This document shows, piece by piece, positions 8,139-18,169 of a stretch of DNA of 64,000 nt. The stretch comes from Alphaproteobacteria bacterium. GTDB lineage: Bacteria > Pseudomonadota > Alphaproteobacteria > JAOXRX01. The stretch covers positions 144,150-208,149 of the forward strand of contig JAOXRX010000037.1 of the NCBI GenBank assembly GCA_025800285.1, written 5' to 3'. Each line of letters opens with the position of its first letter. Positions within the stretch are counted from its first letter, which is position 1. The position numbers were made by a program, and so were the translations under genes. The notes beneath the pieces are model-generated. The model worked only from the letters and a program-made list of their open reading frames with translations. It ran no database searches and had not been told where the DNA came from.

Positions 8139-10121
8139 ATGTGTAATTTAAGCCAAGAGACACAAGTTAATCAATCTAATCAGGAAAAAATAAAAGTATC
8201 AATAGATGGTATTGAGACAGAGGTTCTTTACGGAACTACAATTTTACAAGCTGCTAGGAAGTTAGGTATACATATTCCAACATTATGTTATCATGATGAT
8301 TTATGTATATCAGGATCTTGCAGAATGTGTGTTGTTGAAGCTCAAGGTGGTAGGAAAAATAAGATACAAGCATCTTGTTGTTTTCCTATTTTAGAGCCAT
8401 TAACTGTAAAGACTAATTCTCCTAGAGTTAGGAAAGCTAGACAAGTAATTGTTGATATGATGATTTCTCAACATATAGGAGAGTGTTATAACTGTCCGAA
8501 AAATGGTGAGTGCGAATTGCAAAAGCTAGCAGAGCTATATGGTTCAGGTAAATACACATTCCGCCCTGCTACTCAGCCTGTTTTTGAAATTGATAATAGT
8601 TCAAAATCGGTTATTAGAGATATGAATAAGTGTATAAAATGTGGTAGATGCACTAGAGCTTGCGGAGATATGTTGCAAATTGGTGCTATTCATATGGATG
8701 GAAGAAGTATTGAAAGAAAAGTTCAAACAATGAATGATTTGCCATTAGGTAGCTCAAAATGTATTGACTGTGGTCAATGTATAACTCATTGCCCTGTTGG
8801 AGCTCTATCTATTAATACTCATGAAAATGCGGTTTGGGATGCAATTGATAACCCTAATAAACATGTTGTGGTTCAAACAGCTCCTGCTGTTAGAGTCGCT
8901 ATTGGTGAAGAGTTTGGTTATGCTCCTGGAACAGTGCTAACAAAAGAGATTGTAACAGCATTAAGAAAAATTGGTTTTGATAAAGTCTTCGATACAACTT
9001 TCGGTGCTGATATGACTATTGTTGAGGAAGGTGTTGAATTCTTACAAAGATTGGAGAAAAAATCTAAAGGGGAAGATGTTGTGTTCCCTCAAATGACTTC
9101 ATGTTGCCCTGGTTGGGTTTCTTATATTGAAAACTTCTACCCAGAGTTTATTCCAAACCTATCAACAACAAAGAGTCCTATTCAAATACAAGGTGCTGCT
9201 ATTAAAACTTATTATGCAGAAAAAAATGGAATTAATCCAGAGGATATAGTTAGTGTTTCAATGACTCCTTGTACTGCTAAAAAATATGAAGCTCAAAGAG
9301 AGGAAATGAATGATTCTGGCTATCAAGATGTGGACTTAACAATCACAACAAGAGAAGTTGCAAAAATGATGAAAAAAGCTGGTGTTATGGATATAACTAA
9401 AGAACCTAAGTCAGAATATGATGATATTTTTGGTAAAGAAACAGGTTCTGGTGTTATTTTTGCTACAACAGGTGGTGTTATGGAATCTGCTCTTAGAACT
9501 GTTATTGAAATAGTTACAGGAGAAGAAGGTTTAGAAAAATTATTTACTCATGCTGATATAAAACCAGTAAGAGGATTTGACGGAATTAAAACAGCAAAAA
9601 TAAAAATTGAAAATGTTGTTTCAAAAGTTCCTGAATTTGTTAAAGATGCTTTTGATAACTTTGATTTTGTAAAAGGAGCTGAAGTTAATGTTATGGTAGC
9701 TAATGGAATTGCAAATGCTAAAAAAATTCTTGAAGGGCTAAAATCAGGAGATGAAAGATTCTCAAATATTGATTTCATAGAAGTAATGGCTTGCCCTGGT
9801 GGTTGCTTAGGCGGTGGTGGACAACCAGTGCCTGTAAATGATGAGATTAGAAAGGCTAGAATGGAAGGTCTTTATAAGCTAGATGCTGGTGCTGAAACAA
9901 GAATATCTTATAAAAATCCAGCTGTTGTAGATATTTATAATGATTTTGTAGAAGGGTCTCCATCTACAGGGAAATCTCATAAATTATTCCATACAAGTTA
10001 TAAGGCTAGAGATGAAGAAGTTGTTGTTCAAGACTCTGATTCTCCAGATTGCGACCCTTCAAAATGTGGTAGTTGCAAACTTAAAGAGCCAATTAAAGAA
10101 AACGATGAATATAAAATATAA
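8139..10121 (+). CDS. [FeFe]-hydrogenase, CpI-like monomeric architecture (2Fe-2S, FeS domains, H-cluster)
   Basis: H-cluster motifs TSCCPGW, MTPCTAKKYE and EVMACPGGCLGGGGQP. N-terminal 2Fe-2S ferredoxin-like module (CYHDDLCISGSCRMC) and two CxxCxxCxxxCP motifs. Start placed at ATG 8139 after AAAGGAAAAATAT; the track ORF starts at 8088. Confidence 0.9.
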   Translation: MCNLSQETQVNQSNQEKIKVSIDGIETEVLYGTTILQAARKLGIHIPTLCYHDDLCISGSCRMCVVEAQGGRKNKIQASCCFPILEPLTVKTNSPRVRKARQVIVDMMISQHIGECYNCPKNGECELQKLAELYGSGKYTFRPATQPVFEIDNSSKSVIRDMNKCIKCGRCTRACGDMLQIGAIHMDGRSIERKVQTMNDLPLGSSKCIDCGQCITHCPVGALSINTHENAVWDAIDNPNKHVVVQTAPAVRVAIGEEFGYAPGTVLTKEIVTALRKIGFDKVFDTTFGADMTIVEEGVEFLQRLEKKSKGEDVVFPQMTSCCPGWVSYIENFYPEFIPNLSTTKSPIQIQGAAIKTYYAEKNGINPEDIVSVSMTPCTAKKYEAQREEMNDSGYQDVDLTITTREVAKMMKKAGVMDITKEPKSEYDDIFGKETGSGVIFATTGGVMESALRTVIEIVTGEEGLEKLFTHADIKPVRGFDGIKTAKIKIENVVSKVPEFVKDAFDNFDFVKGAEVNVMVANGIANAKKILEGLKSGDERFSNIDFIEVMACPGGCLGGGGQPVPVNDEIRKARMEGLYKLDAGAETRISYKNPAVVDIYNDFVEGSPSTGKSHKLFHTSYKARDEEVVVQDSDSPDCDPSKCGSCKLKEPIKENDEYKI

Positions 10122-10135
10122 ATAAAGGAAAAATA

Positions 10136-10879
10136 ATGAAAAAACTAACAGTAGGTATAATAGGTTATGGCATTTTAGGTCAATCTTTTGATAAATGGTT
10201 AAAGGAAAATACAAATCATGATGTGGTTATATCTGATCCACCGAAAGGAATTAATGATGATTTAACAAAAGCAGATATATTCTTTATTAGTATTCACATT
10301 CCTTCAGAGAAAGATGGGACACAGAATTTAAGTGTTTTAAAAAGTATTTTAAAAACAGTGCCTGATAGACCTATTTTTATAAGAACAACAATAAAACCAG
10401 GAACTTCTAAAAAATTATCAGAAGAATTTAATAAATCTGTTAACTTTATGCCAGAGTTTTTAACAGAGAGAACAGCATTTGAAGATTTTAAAACACAACC
10501 TATGGTTTTTACAAATCATATAGATTTATTAAAAAATGTTTTTATTAATCACTCTTATATTGAGATGACTTCATCAGAAGCAGAGATAGCTAAATATGCT
10601 CATAATGTATTTGGAGCTCTAAAAGTTACATATTTTAATGCTATATATGACTATTGTAAAGAAAATTTGTGTGATTATGATAATGTAAAGAAGGGGGTTT
10701 TATTAAGTAAATATATTAATGAAACACATACAATGGTTCCTGGTCCAGATGGTTCTTTAGGGTATGGTGGTAAGTGTTTCCCTAAAGATGTTATGGCATT
10801 TGATGAAAGTACAAAAAATCATCCGTTAAATGAGCTTATAAAGTCCTTAGAACACCTAAATTCTATTTTTAGAAAGTAG
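10136..10879 (+). CDS. short UDP-glucose/GDP-mannose dehydrogenase-family protein lacking the C-terminal nucleotide-sugar domain
   Basis: Rossmann motif GIIGYGILG, then PEFLTERTAFEDF, SSEAEIAKYAHNVFGALKVTYFNAIYDYC and the catalytic-Cys motif GYGGKCFPKD. Only 247 aa. Confidence 0.6.
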   Translation: MKKLTVGIIGYGILGQSFDKWLKENTNHDVVISDPPKGINDDLTKADIFFISIHIPSEKDGTQNLSVLKSILKTVPDRPIFIRTTIKPGTSKKLSEEFNKSVNFMPEFLTERTAFEDFKTQPMVFTNHIDLLKNVFINHSYIEMTSSEAEIAKYAHNVFGALKVTYFNAIYDYCKENLCDYDNVKKGVLLSKYINETHTMVPGPDGSLGYGGKCFPKDVMAFDESTKNHPLNELIKSLEHLNSIFRK

Positions 10880-10884
10880 TTAAT

Positions 10885-10923
10885 AAAAAGAGAGCTTGAT
10901 TTAAAAATCAAGCTCTCTTTTTT
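10885..10923. terminator. bidirectional rho-independent terminator
   Basis: 11-bp stem GAGAGCTTGAT / ATCAAGCTCTC flanked by an A-run and a T-run, between convergent genes. Confidence 0.8.
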
Positions 10924-10939
10924 CTAAATCTTATTTAGA

Positions 10940-11959
10940 TTAGAAATTGATTACAGTACCGATTGCAACAACAGTAGCATCATTTTCATCTCTACCACCA
11001 TCTGAATCATAAGTATTATAAGCAACTGATCCATTTAGTTTCATACCTGGTCCATATTCATAATTAACACCAGCCATGTATCTTTCTAGATCATCTTCAT
11101 CCCCAACTTCTTTGTATAGGTAAGAAGCACCATAAGTGTAGTCTCCGTTTGTGTAGTTTGCACCAACAGCAATTGCTTCAACTTCATCTGTAACATCTTC
11201 TTCTGTGTAGTAAGCAACACCTAAATCCCAAGCATCAACCATTGCATTTACACCAACATTCCATTCTTTAGAGTCGGCTGCAACATCTTTATTGTAACCT
11301 GCACCAAATACCCAGTCAGCTCCCATAACATCGTCAACCGCATATCTTGCAGCAAGAGACATTTTTTCGTTGTTTTCATCACTCATTTCAGCTCTGTTGT
11401 CATCACCATCGTCATCAGCACCTAGAGAGTAAGAAGCACCAACTTGTAATCCATCCCATACAGGAGAGATATATGTGATTTTATCTTCTCCAGCATCTTC
11501 TGAAGAACCATCGCCGAACATTGCATAAGATGTAGTATCTACTTTATTGCTTCCGTTAGTAACAACATCATATGTTGGATCCATACCGTCTAACTCAGCA
11601 TCAACTGCAGGAGCAGCAACTTGCATTAAGTAAGCAGCATTGTACTCTTTACCAACAATAACTTTACCGAAGCCGCCTTCTGCATAGATGTAAGCTTCCT
11701 CTTCGCCGTCGTTATCATCTTCTTGAACATTAGTTTCAATAGCAACTCCAACCTTCATACCGTTATCTAACATTGTTTCACCAGTGAAATTAACAGTCAT
11801 TTCTTTTTTAATTTCAAATTCTGCTTTGTCTACATCTTGGTTTGCATAAACACCGTAAACAGAAGCATTACCTTCTAGACCTAGTTTTAGTCCGTCTGCA
11901 GCTTGAGCAGTTCCTGCAAGCAATACAGCAGCACTAGCTAGTAATACAGTTTTTTTCAT
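10940..11959 (-). CDS. outer-membrane porin (beta-barrel)
   Basis: Signal peptide MKKTVLLASAAVLLAGTAQA, alternating beta-strand pattern rich in G/Y/A/V, acidic loops and a C-terminal Phe (VINF). Codon usage differs from its neighbours. Confidence 0.7.
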   Translation of the reverse strand: MKKTVLLASAAVLLAGTAQAADGLKLGLEGNASVYGVYANQDVDKAEFEIKKEMTVNFTGETMLDNGMKVGVAIETNVQEDDNDGEEEAYIYAEGGFGKVIVGKEYNAAYLMQVAAPAVDAELDGMDPTYDVVTNGSNKVDTTSYAMFGDGSSEDAGEDKITYISPVWDGLQVGASYSLGADDDGDDNRAEMSDENNEKMSLAARYAVDDVMGADWVFGAGYNKDVAADSKEWNVGVNAMVDAWDLGVAYYTEEDVTDEVEAIAVGANYTNGDYTYGASYLYKEVGDEDDLERYMAGVNYEYGPGMKLNGSVAYNTYDSDGGRDENDATVVAIGTVINF

Positions 11960-12235
11960 AATAAAAATCCTTTTCTTTTTTAAACTTGGATTGGTATTTC
12001 AATCCGCCTCAATAAATATATTGACACTTCTAAGAATCTTAGTCAATATAAATAGTGTTTTTTTAGATATGTGTGTTAAAAATAACACTGTTATTGTTTT
12101 AACTATTTGATTATAAAAGAATATTTTTATTGATTTTTATTAGGTTTTATAGATAATAATGCGGTTTCTTACGATATGTAATAAAAAAAGTATTTACATG
12201 TTGTTAATCTATAAAATATATTTTCCTAGTGTAAA

Positions 12236-12312
12236 TGGTGCTGATGGGGAGAGTTGAACTCCCGACCTCGCCCTTACCAAGGGCGCACTCTAACCACCTG
12301 AGCTACATCAGC
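12236..12312 (-). tRNA. tRNA-Thr (GGT)
   Basis: Minus strand reads GCTGATGTAGCTCAGGTGGTTAGAGTGCGCCCTTGGTAAGGGCGAGGTCGGGAGTTCAACTCTCCCCATCAGCACCA, with anticodon loop TTGGTAA. Confidence 0.9.
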
Positions 12313-12390
12313 ACTAAGAGTTTAGAGAAATATACATTATAATTAAATATAAATCAATAAAGAATTTACTTTTTGAAAGAAGTATAATGA

Positions 12391-13082
12391 TTATAAGGAA
12401 AAATCTAAATCTTTCGGTTGTATTCTTTCCCTTTTGTTTAATATAGATGTGCGATTGTTTCTAGTATTTGATGCCTCTAATACTTCTCCATTATATGTTA
12501 TCATACTACTTTTGTTTTTTAAAGTTCCATTCGGATTAAATTCTTTTAAGTTCATGGTTCTCAATTTATTTTCATAAACTTCAATCGCTACCTTCAATGT
12601 TCCGTCTTCATAATGGCAAAAATTACCTTCATAAAAATCTTTGATTTTATCGTCTATAATAAGCTTTTTTGTTTCTCTCTTTTTTAAAGAATCTCTATCC
12701 TGTTCTATTTCTAAAGAATTAATAACATTTCCATCTTTTATTTTTTCAGTTGTTATATGTGGTGCTAAGGTTTTCATGTCCTTATAATAAGTTTCTGTAT
12801 CCTCTTTCTCCCAATGCTCATTTTTAGTAACTTCTTTAAAAAGTTCTAATTTGCCATTTTCATCATAATGATAGGTGCAATGTTTTAGAAATTCTGGCCT
12901 ATTTTTTTTAAAGTGAAAACCTCCTTAGGAGCTTTTGGATCTCCATCTTTATTTAATGTTAATACAACATCGTTTCCATTCTCTTTTTTTATATACCCAT
13001 TTTTTTGTTCTTTAGATTTATAGTTCATTTGTGGTCTCCTTTTTTTCTGGAATATTATATCATAAAAGTGTGTTTTTATCAA
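12391..13082 (-). pseudogene. hypothetical gene split by a frameshift at an A8 homopolymer
   Basis: ORF 13082-12885 ends ...TLKKIGQNF*. The downstream frame stays open through the same site (FKKNRPEFLKHCTYHYDENGKL...) and continues into ORF 12777-12391. One extra A in the A8 run (plus-strand T8 at 12902-12909) would fuse them into about 230 aa. Confidence 0.45.
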
Positions 13083-13212
13083 TATAATGATACTACTTTA
13101 TAAGTTTTGTTAATAATCTGTATAGAAAATTATTAAATATATAATCTAATTGGATTATTTATCATTTACATATTGATTTTTAAAGTTTCGATGCTTATAC
13201 TATATATATAAG

Positions 13213-15531
13213 ATGAAAGGGAAGAAGATGAGTATAGAAGCATATCCAGTTTTACCGTTAAAAGATTTAGTGATTTTTCCAAAAATGGTGGTTCCTCTGT
13301 TTGTAGGAAGACAAAAATCTATTTTTGCATTAGAAGAAGCTCTTAAACACAATGGTAAGATTATACTGTTAACTCAAAAGAATGATAAAGAAAACGAGCC
13401 TAAATCAAAAGACTTATACAAAGTTGGTATTTTGGCCAATGTTCTGCAGTTATTAAAACTACCAGATGGAACTGTTAAAATTCTTGTTGAAGGAACAGAA
13501 AGAGTAAAAATAAACGGTGAAGTTGAAGGTAGGAAATACCTAATGGCTTTCACTAAAGAGTTTAAAAGTATATCCAATTCAGATCACGAACTTTTAAAGA
13601 ACTCTGTTATATCTGAGTTTGAAAAATATGTTCAAATGAGCGAAAAAATACCTACGGAAGCTCTAGCTACTATACTTAATATGAAAAGTGAAGATGATAT
13701 TTGCGATATTATTTCTTCACATTTAATTATTGGTTATAAAGAAAAGCAAAAGATTTTAGAAGAATCTAGCCTTAGAAAGAGGTTAGAATTGATTTTTGAA
13801 ACTATAGAACATGAAATTAGCTTGCTAAAATTAGAGAATAAGATTAAGAAAAGAGTTAAAGACCAAATGGATAAAACTCAGAAAGAATACTTCTTAAATG
13901 AGCAAATGAAAGCCATTCGTCAAGAGCTTGATGGTGCTGATGAAAACGGAGTAGATGAGGTTAAAGAACTCGAAGAAAAGATTAAAAATATAAACTTCAC
14001 AAAAGAAGCTAGAGATAAAGCTCTGTATGAGTTAAAGAAATATAAAAATACAAATGCAATGTCTCCAGAAGCGGGAATTATTAGAAATTATTTAGATTGG
14101 TTAACTTCAATCCCTTGGGGAGAGAAAACAGAAATAAGTTCAGATTTAATTGCTGCAATGAAGCTTCTTGATAAAGAGCATTATGGTTTAAAAGAAGTTA
14201 AAGAAAGAATTATTGAGTATTTAGCTGTCCAGCAAAGAGTGTCAAAAATAAAGGGCTCTATTTTATGTTTAGTAGGTCCTCCAGGTGTTGGTAAGACCTC
14301 TTTGGGTAAATCTATTGCAAAAACTACAGGTAGGAATTTTGTAAGAATGTCTCTTGGTGGTGTTAAAGATGAATCAGAAATAAGAGGTCATAGAAGAACT
14401 TATGTTGGAGCTATGCCTGGTAAGATAGTTCAGTCAATGAAGAAAGCAAAAAGTTCAAATCCATTATTCCTATTTGATGAGGTTGATAAGCTTGGATCTG
14501 ATTGGAGAGGGGATCCTTCTTCCGCTTTGTTAGAGGTTTTAGATAGCGAGCAAAATGATACTTTTTCAGATAACTATCTTGAAATAGATTATGACTTATC
14601 GGATGTTATGTTTGTTTGTACAGCCAACTCTTTAAATATGCCTGCTCCATTATTAGATAGAATGGAAATTATAAGAATCGCAGGTTACACAGAAGATGAA
14701 AAAATACAAATAGCAAAAAGACATTTAATTAAGAAACAGATGTCAGAAAAAGGTTTAAAGAAAACAGAGTTTTCTATAGATAGCTCTGCAATACAAGAAA
14801 TTATAAGATATTATACTAGAGAGGCTGGGGTTAGAGGTCTTGAAAGAGAAATATCAAAAATTGCTAGAAAGGCTATAAAGCAAATTTTAACAGGAGAAAA
14901 GAGAGTTCCTATAAAAATAACTAAGAAAAAAGTTGAAGAGTATCTTGGTGTTAGAAAACTATCTTTTGGTCAGCTAGAAAAGAAAAATATAGTTGGAGTT
15001 ACTACCGGGCTTGCTTGGACTTCTGTTGGAGGTGTTACTCTTCAAGTTGAAGCTGTTTTGATACCTGGTAAAGGTGGAATATCTATGACTGGTCAGCTTG
15101 GTGATGTTATGAAAGAATCTGTAAAAGCTGCAGAAATGTATATTAAATCTAATGTAAAAAAATTAGGTATAAAAGAAGATGTTTTAAAAACAAAATCAAT
15201 TCATGTTCATGTGCCTGAAGGAGCTACTCCAAAAGATGGTCCCTCTGCTGGTGTTACAATGGTAACTTCTTTGGTTTCTGCTTTAACTGGTAAAGCCGTA
15301 AGAAGAGATGTTGCAATGACTGGAGAGATTACTCTTAGAGGAAGAGTTCTTCCTATAGGGGGGCTTAAAGAAAAAATGCTTGCTGCAAAACAAGTGGGTA
15401 TTAATACTGTTATTATTCCTAAAGGAAATGTTAAGGATTTAAAAGAAGTGCCTGAAAACATCAAAAAAGGATTAGAAATTATACCAGTTGATCACATATC
15501 AAAAGTTTTGGAAAATGCTTTGGAAAAATAA
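13213..15531 (+). CDS. lon: ATP-dependent Lon protease
   Basis: Walker A GPPGVGKTS, LFLFDEVDK, and the proteolytic Ser in PKDGPSAGVTM. An alternative start is at 13228 (MSIEAYPVLPL). Confidence 0.95.
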   Translation: MKGKKMSIEAYPVLPLKDLVIFPKMVVPLFVGRQKSIFALEEALKHNGKIILLTQKNDKENEPKSKDLYKVGILANVLQLLKLPDGTVKILVEGTERVKINGEVEGRKYLMAFTKEFKSISNSDHELLKNSVISEFEKYVQMSEKIPTEALATILNMKSEDDICDIISSHLIIGYKEKQKILEESSLRKRLELIFETIEHEISLLKLENKIKKRVKDQMDKTQKEYFLNEQMKAIRQELDGADENGVDEVKELEEKIKNINFTKEARDKALYELKKYKNTNAMSPEAGIIRNYLDWLTSIPWGEKTEISSDLIAAMKLLDKEHYGLKEVKERIIEYLAVQQRVSKIKGSILCLVGPPGVGKTSLGKSIAKTTGRNFVRMSLGGVKDESEIRGHRRTYVGAMPGKIVQSMKKAKSSNPLFLFDEVDKLGSDWRGDPSSALLEVLDSEQNDTFSDNYLEIDYDLSDVMFVCTANSLNMPAPLLDRMEIIRIAGYTEDEKIQIAKRHLIKKQMSEKGLKKTEFSIDSSAIQEIIRYYTREAGVRGLEREISKIARKAIKQILTGEKRVPIKITKKKVEEYLGVRKLSFGQLEKKNIVGVTTGLAWTSVGGVTLQVEAVLIPGKGGISMTGQLGDVMKESVKAAEMYIKSNVKKLGIKEDVLKTKSIHVHVPEGATPKDGPSAGVTMVTSLVSALTGKAVRRDVAMTGEITLRGRVLPIGGLKEKMLAAKQVGINTVIIPKGNVKDLKEVPENIKKGLEIIPVDHISKVLENALEK

Positions 15532-15558
15532 AAAAAGAGGGGGTATCCCTCTTTTTTT
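15532..15558 (+). terminator. rho-independent terminator after lon
   Basis: GAGGG-GGTAT-CCCTC flanked by A6 and T7. Confidence 0.75.
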
Positions 15559-15826
15559 AAGATATAATTAATTCTTTTGTTTTTTTCTTCAGTCTAGAGT
15601 TTACAATTTTTTTAACACGAGAATCTTTTTTCGAGTTCTTAGGGAGCTTTTCTATAATGATTGGTAAATCTTTTTTGAAGCACCTCTCTATGACTGGAAT
15701 GTAAAAGTCAGGATAGTGTAGTTTTGCTCTATATTTAGAAATTAAATCTAAAATGTCCTTCTTTTTGCAATTTACTGCATCTTGGTCATATAAAACAATT
15801 TTTGATGGTCTTAAAATATCTACCAT
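15557..15826 (-). CDS. hypothetical basic protein
   Basis: 89-aa ORF with a Lys-rich C-terminus. No family recognised. Confidence 0.3.
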   Translation of the reverse strand: MVDILRPSKIVLYDQDAVNCKKKDILDLISKYRAKLHYPDFYIPVIERCFKKDLPIIIEKLPKNSKKDSRVKKIVNSRLKKKTKELIIS

Positions 15827-16187
15827 ATTTTCTCCTGTTTTTAAATTTTCTAATGAATAACTGTTTGCAATATATCATAATGTTAATGTTGTGTCAAATT
15901 AATTGAATTTTTATTACTTTTATTTGGTAAAATGATGTTTTATTGCTTTTTTTTATGAAAAATTGCAGGTGTTTTTCTCAAAAAATAGCTTGTAAACCCT
16001 GTAAAACAAAGGAAAAATGGGCAAAAATAGGTGTTTTTACGGTTTTTTTATAAAAATTGGTTAAATCTGCTTGACTATTGTTTTGATTTATGGTTCACTT
16101 ACTTAAGAACCTTGAAAATCAAAGGTTTGTTTAAGAGATCATATATATGATATTTGATAAAACAAATTAAAAAACGGAGTATTAATT

Positions 16188-16463
16188 ATGAACAAAACAG
16201 AATTAGTTACAGCAATCGCAGAAGGTGCAGAATTAACAAAAGCGGATGCAACAAGAGCTTTAGAAGCTACATTAGAAGCTGTTATCGAAACAGTTGCTGC
16301 TGGAGATAAAGTTTCTCTAGTTGGTTTCGGAACATTCCAACCTTCAGAAAGAAAAGCTACAACAGGTAGAAACCCAAAAACAGGTGAAGCTATCCAAATT
16401 GCAGCTGCTACTCTTCCAAAATTCAAAGCTGGTAAAGCTTTCAAAGATAGAGTAAACAAATAA
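16188..16463 (+). CDS. hupB: DNA-binding protein HU
   Basis: 91 aa. Motifs MNKTELV, GFGTF and the arm [21 protein letters not shown]. Confidence 0.9.
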   Translation: MNKTELVTAIAEGAELTKADATRALEATLEAVIETVAAGDKVSLVGFGTFQPSERKATTGRNPKTGEAIQIAAATLPKFKAGKAFKDRVNK

Positions 16464-16487
16464 TAAAATTTTATTATTTATTTTAAA

Positions 16488-16537
16488 TTAAGACCCCTTG
16501 TTATATATATTAATATTACAAGGGGTCTTAATTTTTT
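16488..16537. terminator. rho-independent terminator (14-bp stem) between hupB and rnj
   Basis: TTAAGACCCCTTGT ... ACAAGGGGTCTTAA followed by T6. Confidence 0.8.
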
Positions 16538-16549
16538 ATCTAAACTGAT

Positions 16550-18166
16550 TTAAAATAAATGTATTTCAATTATAGGTTTTTCAGTTTGAAACATCTCTTT
16601 AATCTTTTTCTTTGTAAGTCTTCTTACTAGCGGAGTGTCTATACAACTAAGATTTTTTAATTCTTCTTCTAAGTGATTTGCTATAGTATTTTGAGAAGCT
16701 ATTTTGTGATCATCAAGTCCAAGCAAAGTAACTTTAGGAGTTTTTAGTAAACTGCTATCCTCTTCCTTTAAGCATATTGAAACAATACAAGCTCCATTGA
16801 AAGATATTCTTTTTTTCTCTTTAATAGATGATCCGTTTATAGAAACAATTTTACCATGGTTTTTGCATACTAGTCCTGTTTCTATTGTTTCTATTACTTT
16901 TTTATCATATATATCGTATATTTCACCATTATTCACAATTAAGGAGTTTGGTATTTTTAAGCTATTAGCAAGATTTATATTTGCTTCAACTTGTTCTTGT
17001 TCTCCATGCATTGCAATAAGAGTATTAGGCTTTAGCCACTTATACATTTGAGCAATGTTATCGGGAGAGCTATGGCCAGAAACATGAACAAAATCATCAT
17101 CACAAGTTATTAGCTCTGCTCCTAATCTTTTTATTTTATTAGATATATGTCTAATATTATCTTCGTTACCAGGTATAGCTCTTGATGATAAAATAACAGT
17201 ATCATCTGAATCTATATCTATATAGTTAATCTGATTATTTGCAAGTCTGTAAAGTCCAGAGTTTTTTTGCCCTTGAGATCCTGTTGCAATTATAACCATT
17301 TCTTCTTTTGGTATTGTTGCCATATCATCTTCTGTTAGAAAATCATAATGTAATAAGCCTAGATCTTCGGCTATTTTATAGTTTTGCCTTAAACTGTAAC
17401 CGATTAACCCTACACATCTCCCTGCTTTTTTTGCAGCTTGTATAACTACTTTTATTCTAGCTACATTTGAAGCGAATATTGAGGTGAAAACACAACCTTC
17501 AGATGATTTAAATATTTTTGCTAAAGATTTTACAAGTTGGTATTCTTGCCCTTCTGAAAACCCTCCAAAGTTTGAAGATTCACATACAAAAACATCGACT
17601 TCATCTTTACCTGCTTGTTTCCATTGCTTCTCATCGGAGAACTCGAGAATTGGATTGTTGTCTAATCTCCAATCTCCAGCATGAATTAAAGTTTTTTCTT
17701 TTGTTTGTATCTTGATTGAGAAGGCTCCCGGCACAGAGTGAATCACTGGCATAAACTCTATATTAAACTTACCTAGTTTGATTTTTTCATAAGGCTTTAC
17801 ACTTTTGAGTATAGGTGCTTTCTTTTTCTCTCTAGCAAACTTTCTTTCCAATATTCTATTGGCAAATTCGCTTGCATATATAGGGCAATTTAATTGAGAA
17901 TATAGATTTGCTATTGCTCCGATATGGTCTTCATGTCCATGAGTACAGATTACTCCTAACAAATCATCTCTTATTTCTTCTACAAAGCTTAAGTCTGGGA
18001 ACATTATATCTACACCAGGATATCTAACTTTGTCATTATTAAAAGCTAGTCCGCAGTCTATCATTATCCATTTTTTTTGATATCTATATAGATAGCAATT
18101 TGCTCCAAATATTCCTACTCCACCTAACGGCAGATAATATAAATGATTATCTTTAAATTTTGTCAT
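16550..18166 (-). CDS. rnj: ribonuclease J (metallo-beta-lactamase / beta-CASP)
   Basis: 538 aa with the HGHEDH motif and typical RNase J length and N-terminus (LGGVGIFGANCYL). Confidence 0.8.
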   Translation of the reverse strand: MTKFKDNHLYYLPLGGVGIFGANCYLYRYQKKWIMIDCGLAFNNDKVRYPGVDIMFPDLSFVEEIRDDLLGVICTHGHEDHIGAIANLYSQLNCPIYASEFANRILERKFAREKKKAPILKSVKPYEKIKLGKFNIEFMPVIHSVPGAFSIKIQTKEKTLIHAGDWRLDNNPILEFSDEKQWKQAGKDEVDVFVCESSNFGGFSEGQEYQLVKSLAKIFKSSEGCVFTSIFASNVARIKVVIQAAKKAGRCVGLIGYSLRQNYKIAEDLGLLHYDFLTEDDMATIPKEEMVIIATGSQGQKNSGLYRLANNQINYIDIDSDDTVILSSRAIPGNEDNIRHISNKIKRLGAELITCDDDFVHVSGHSSPDNIAQMYKWLKPNTLIAMHGEQEQVEANINLANSLKIPNSLIVNNGEIYDIYDKKVIETIETGLVCKNHGKIVSINGSSIKEKKRISFNGACIVSICLKEEDSSLLKTPKVTLLGLDDHKIASQNTIANHLEEELKNLSCIDTPLVRRLTKKKIKEMFQTEKPIIEIHLF

Positions 18167-18169
18167 GAG

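Noticed and set aside
15967-16038. Direct repeat AGGTGTTTTT (15967-15976 and 16029-16038) plus the 14-bp palindrome ATCATATATATGAT upstream of hupB
   Set aside because: These are short, AT-rich motifs in a divergent promoter region. They could be operator sites but cannot be told apart from chance without comparative data.
16139-16459. 106-aa minus-strand ORF covering hupB
   Set aside because: The plus strand encodes an unmistakable HU protein, so this is an antisense shadow frame.
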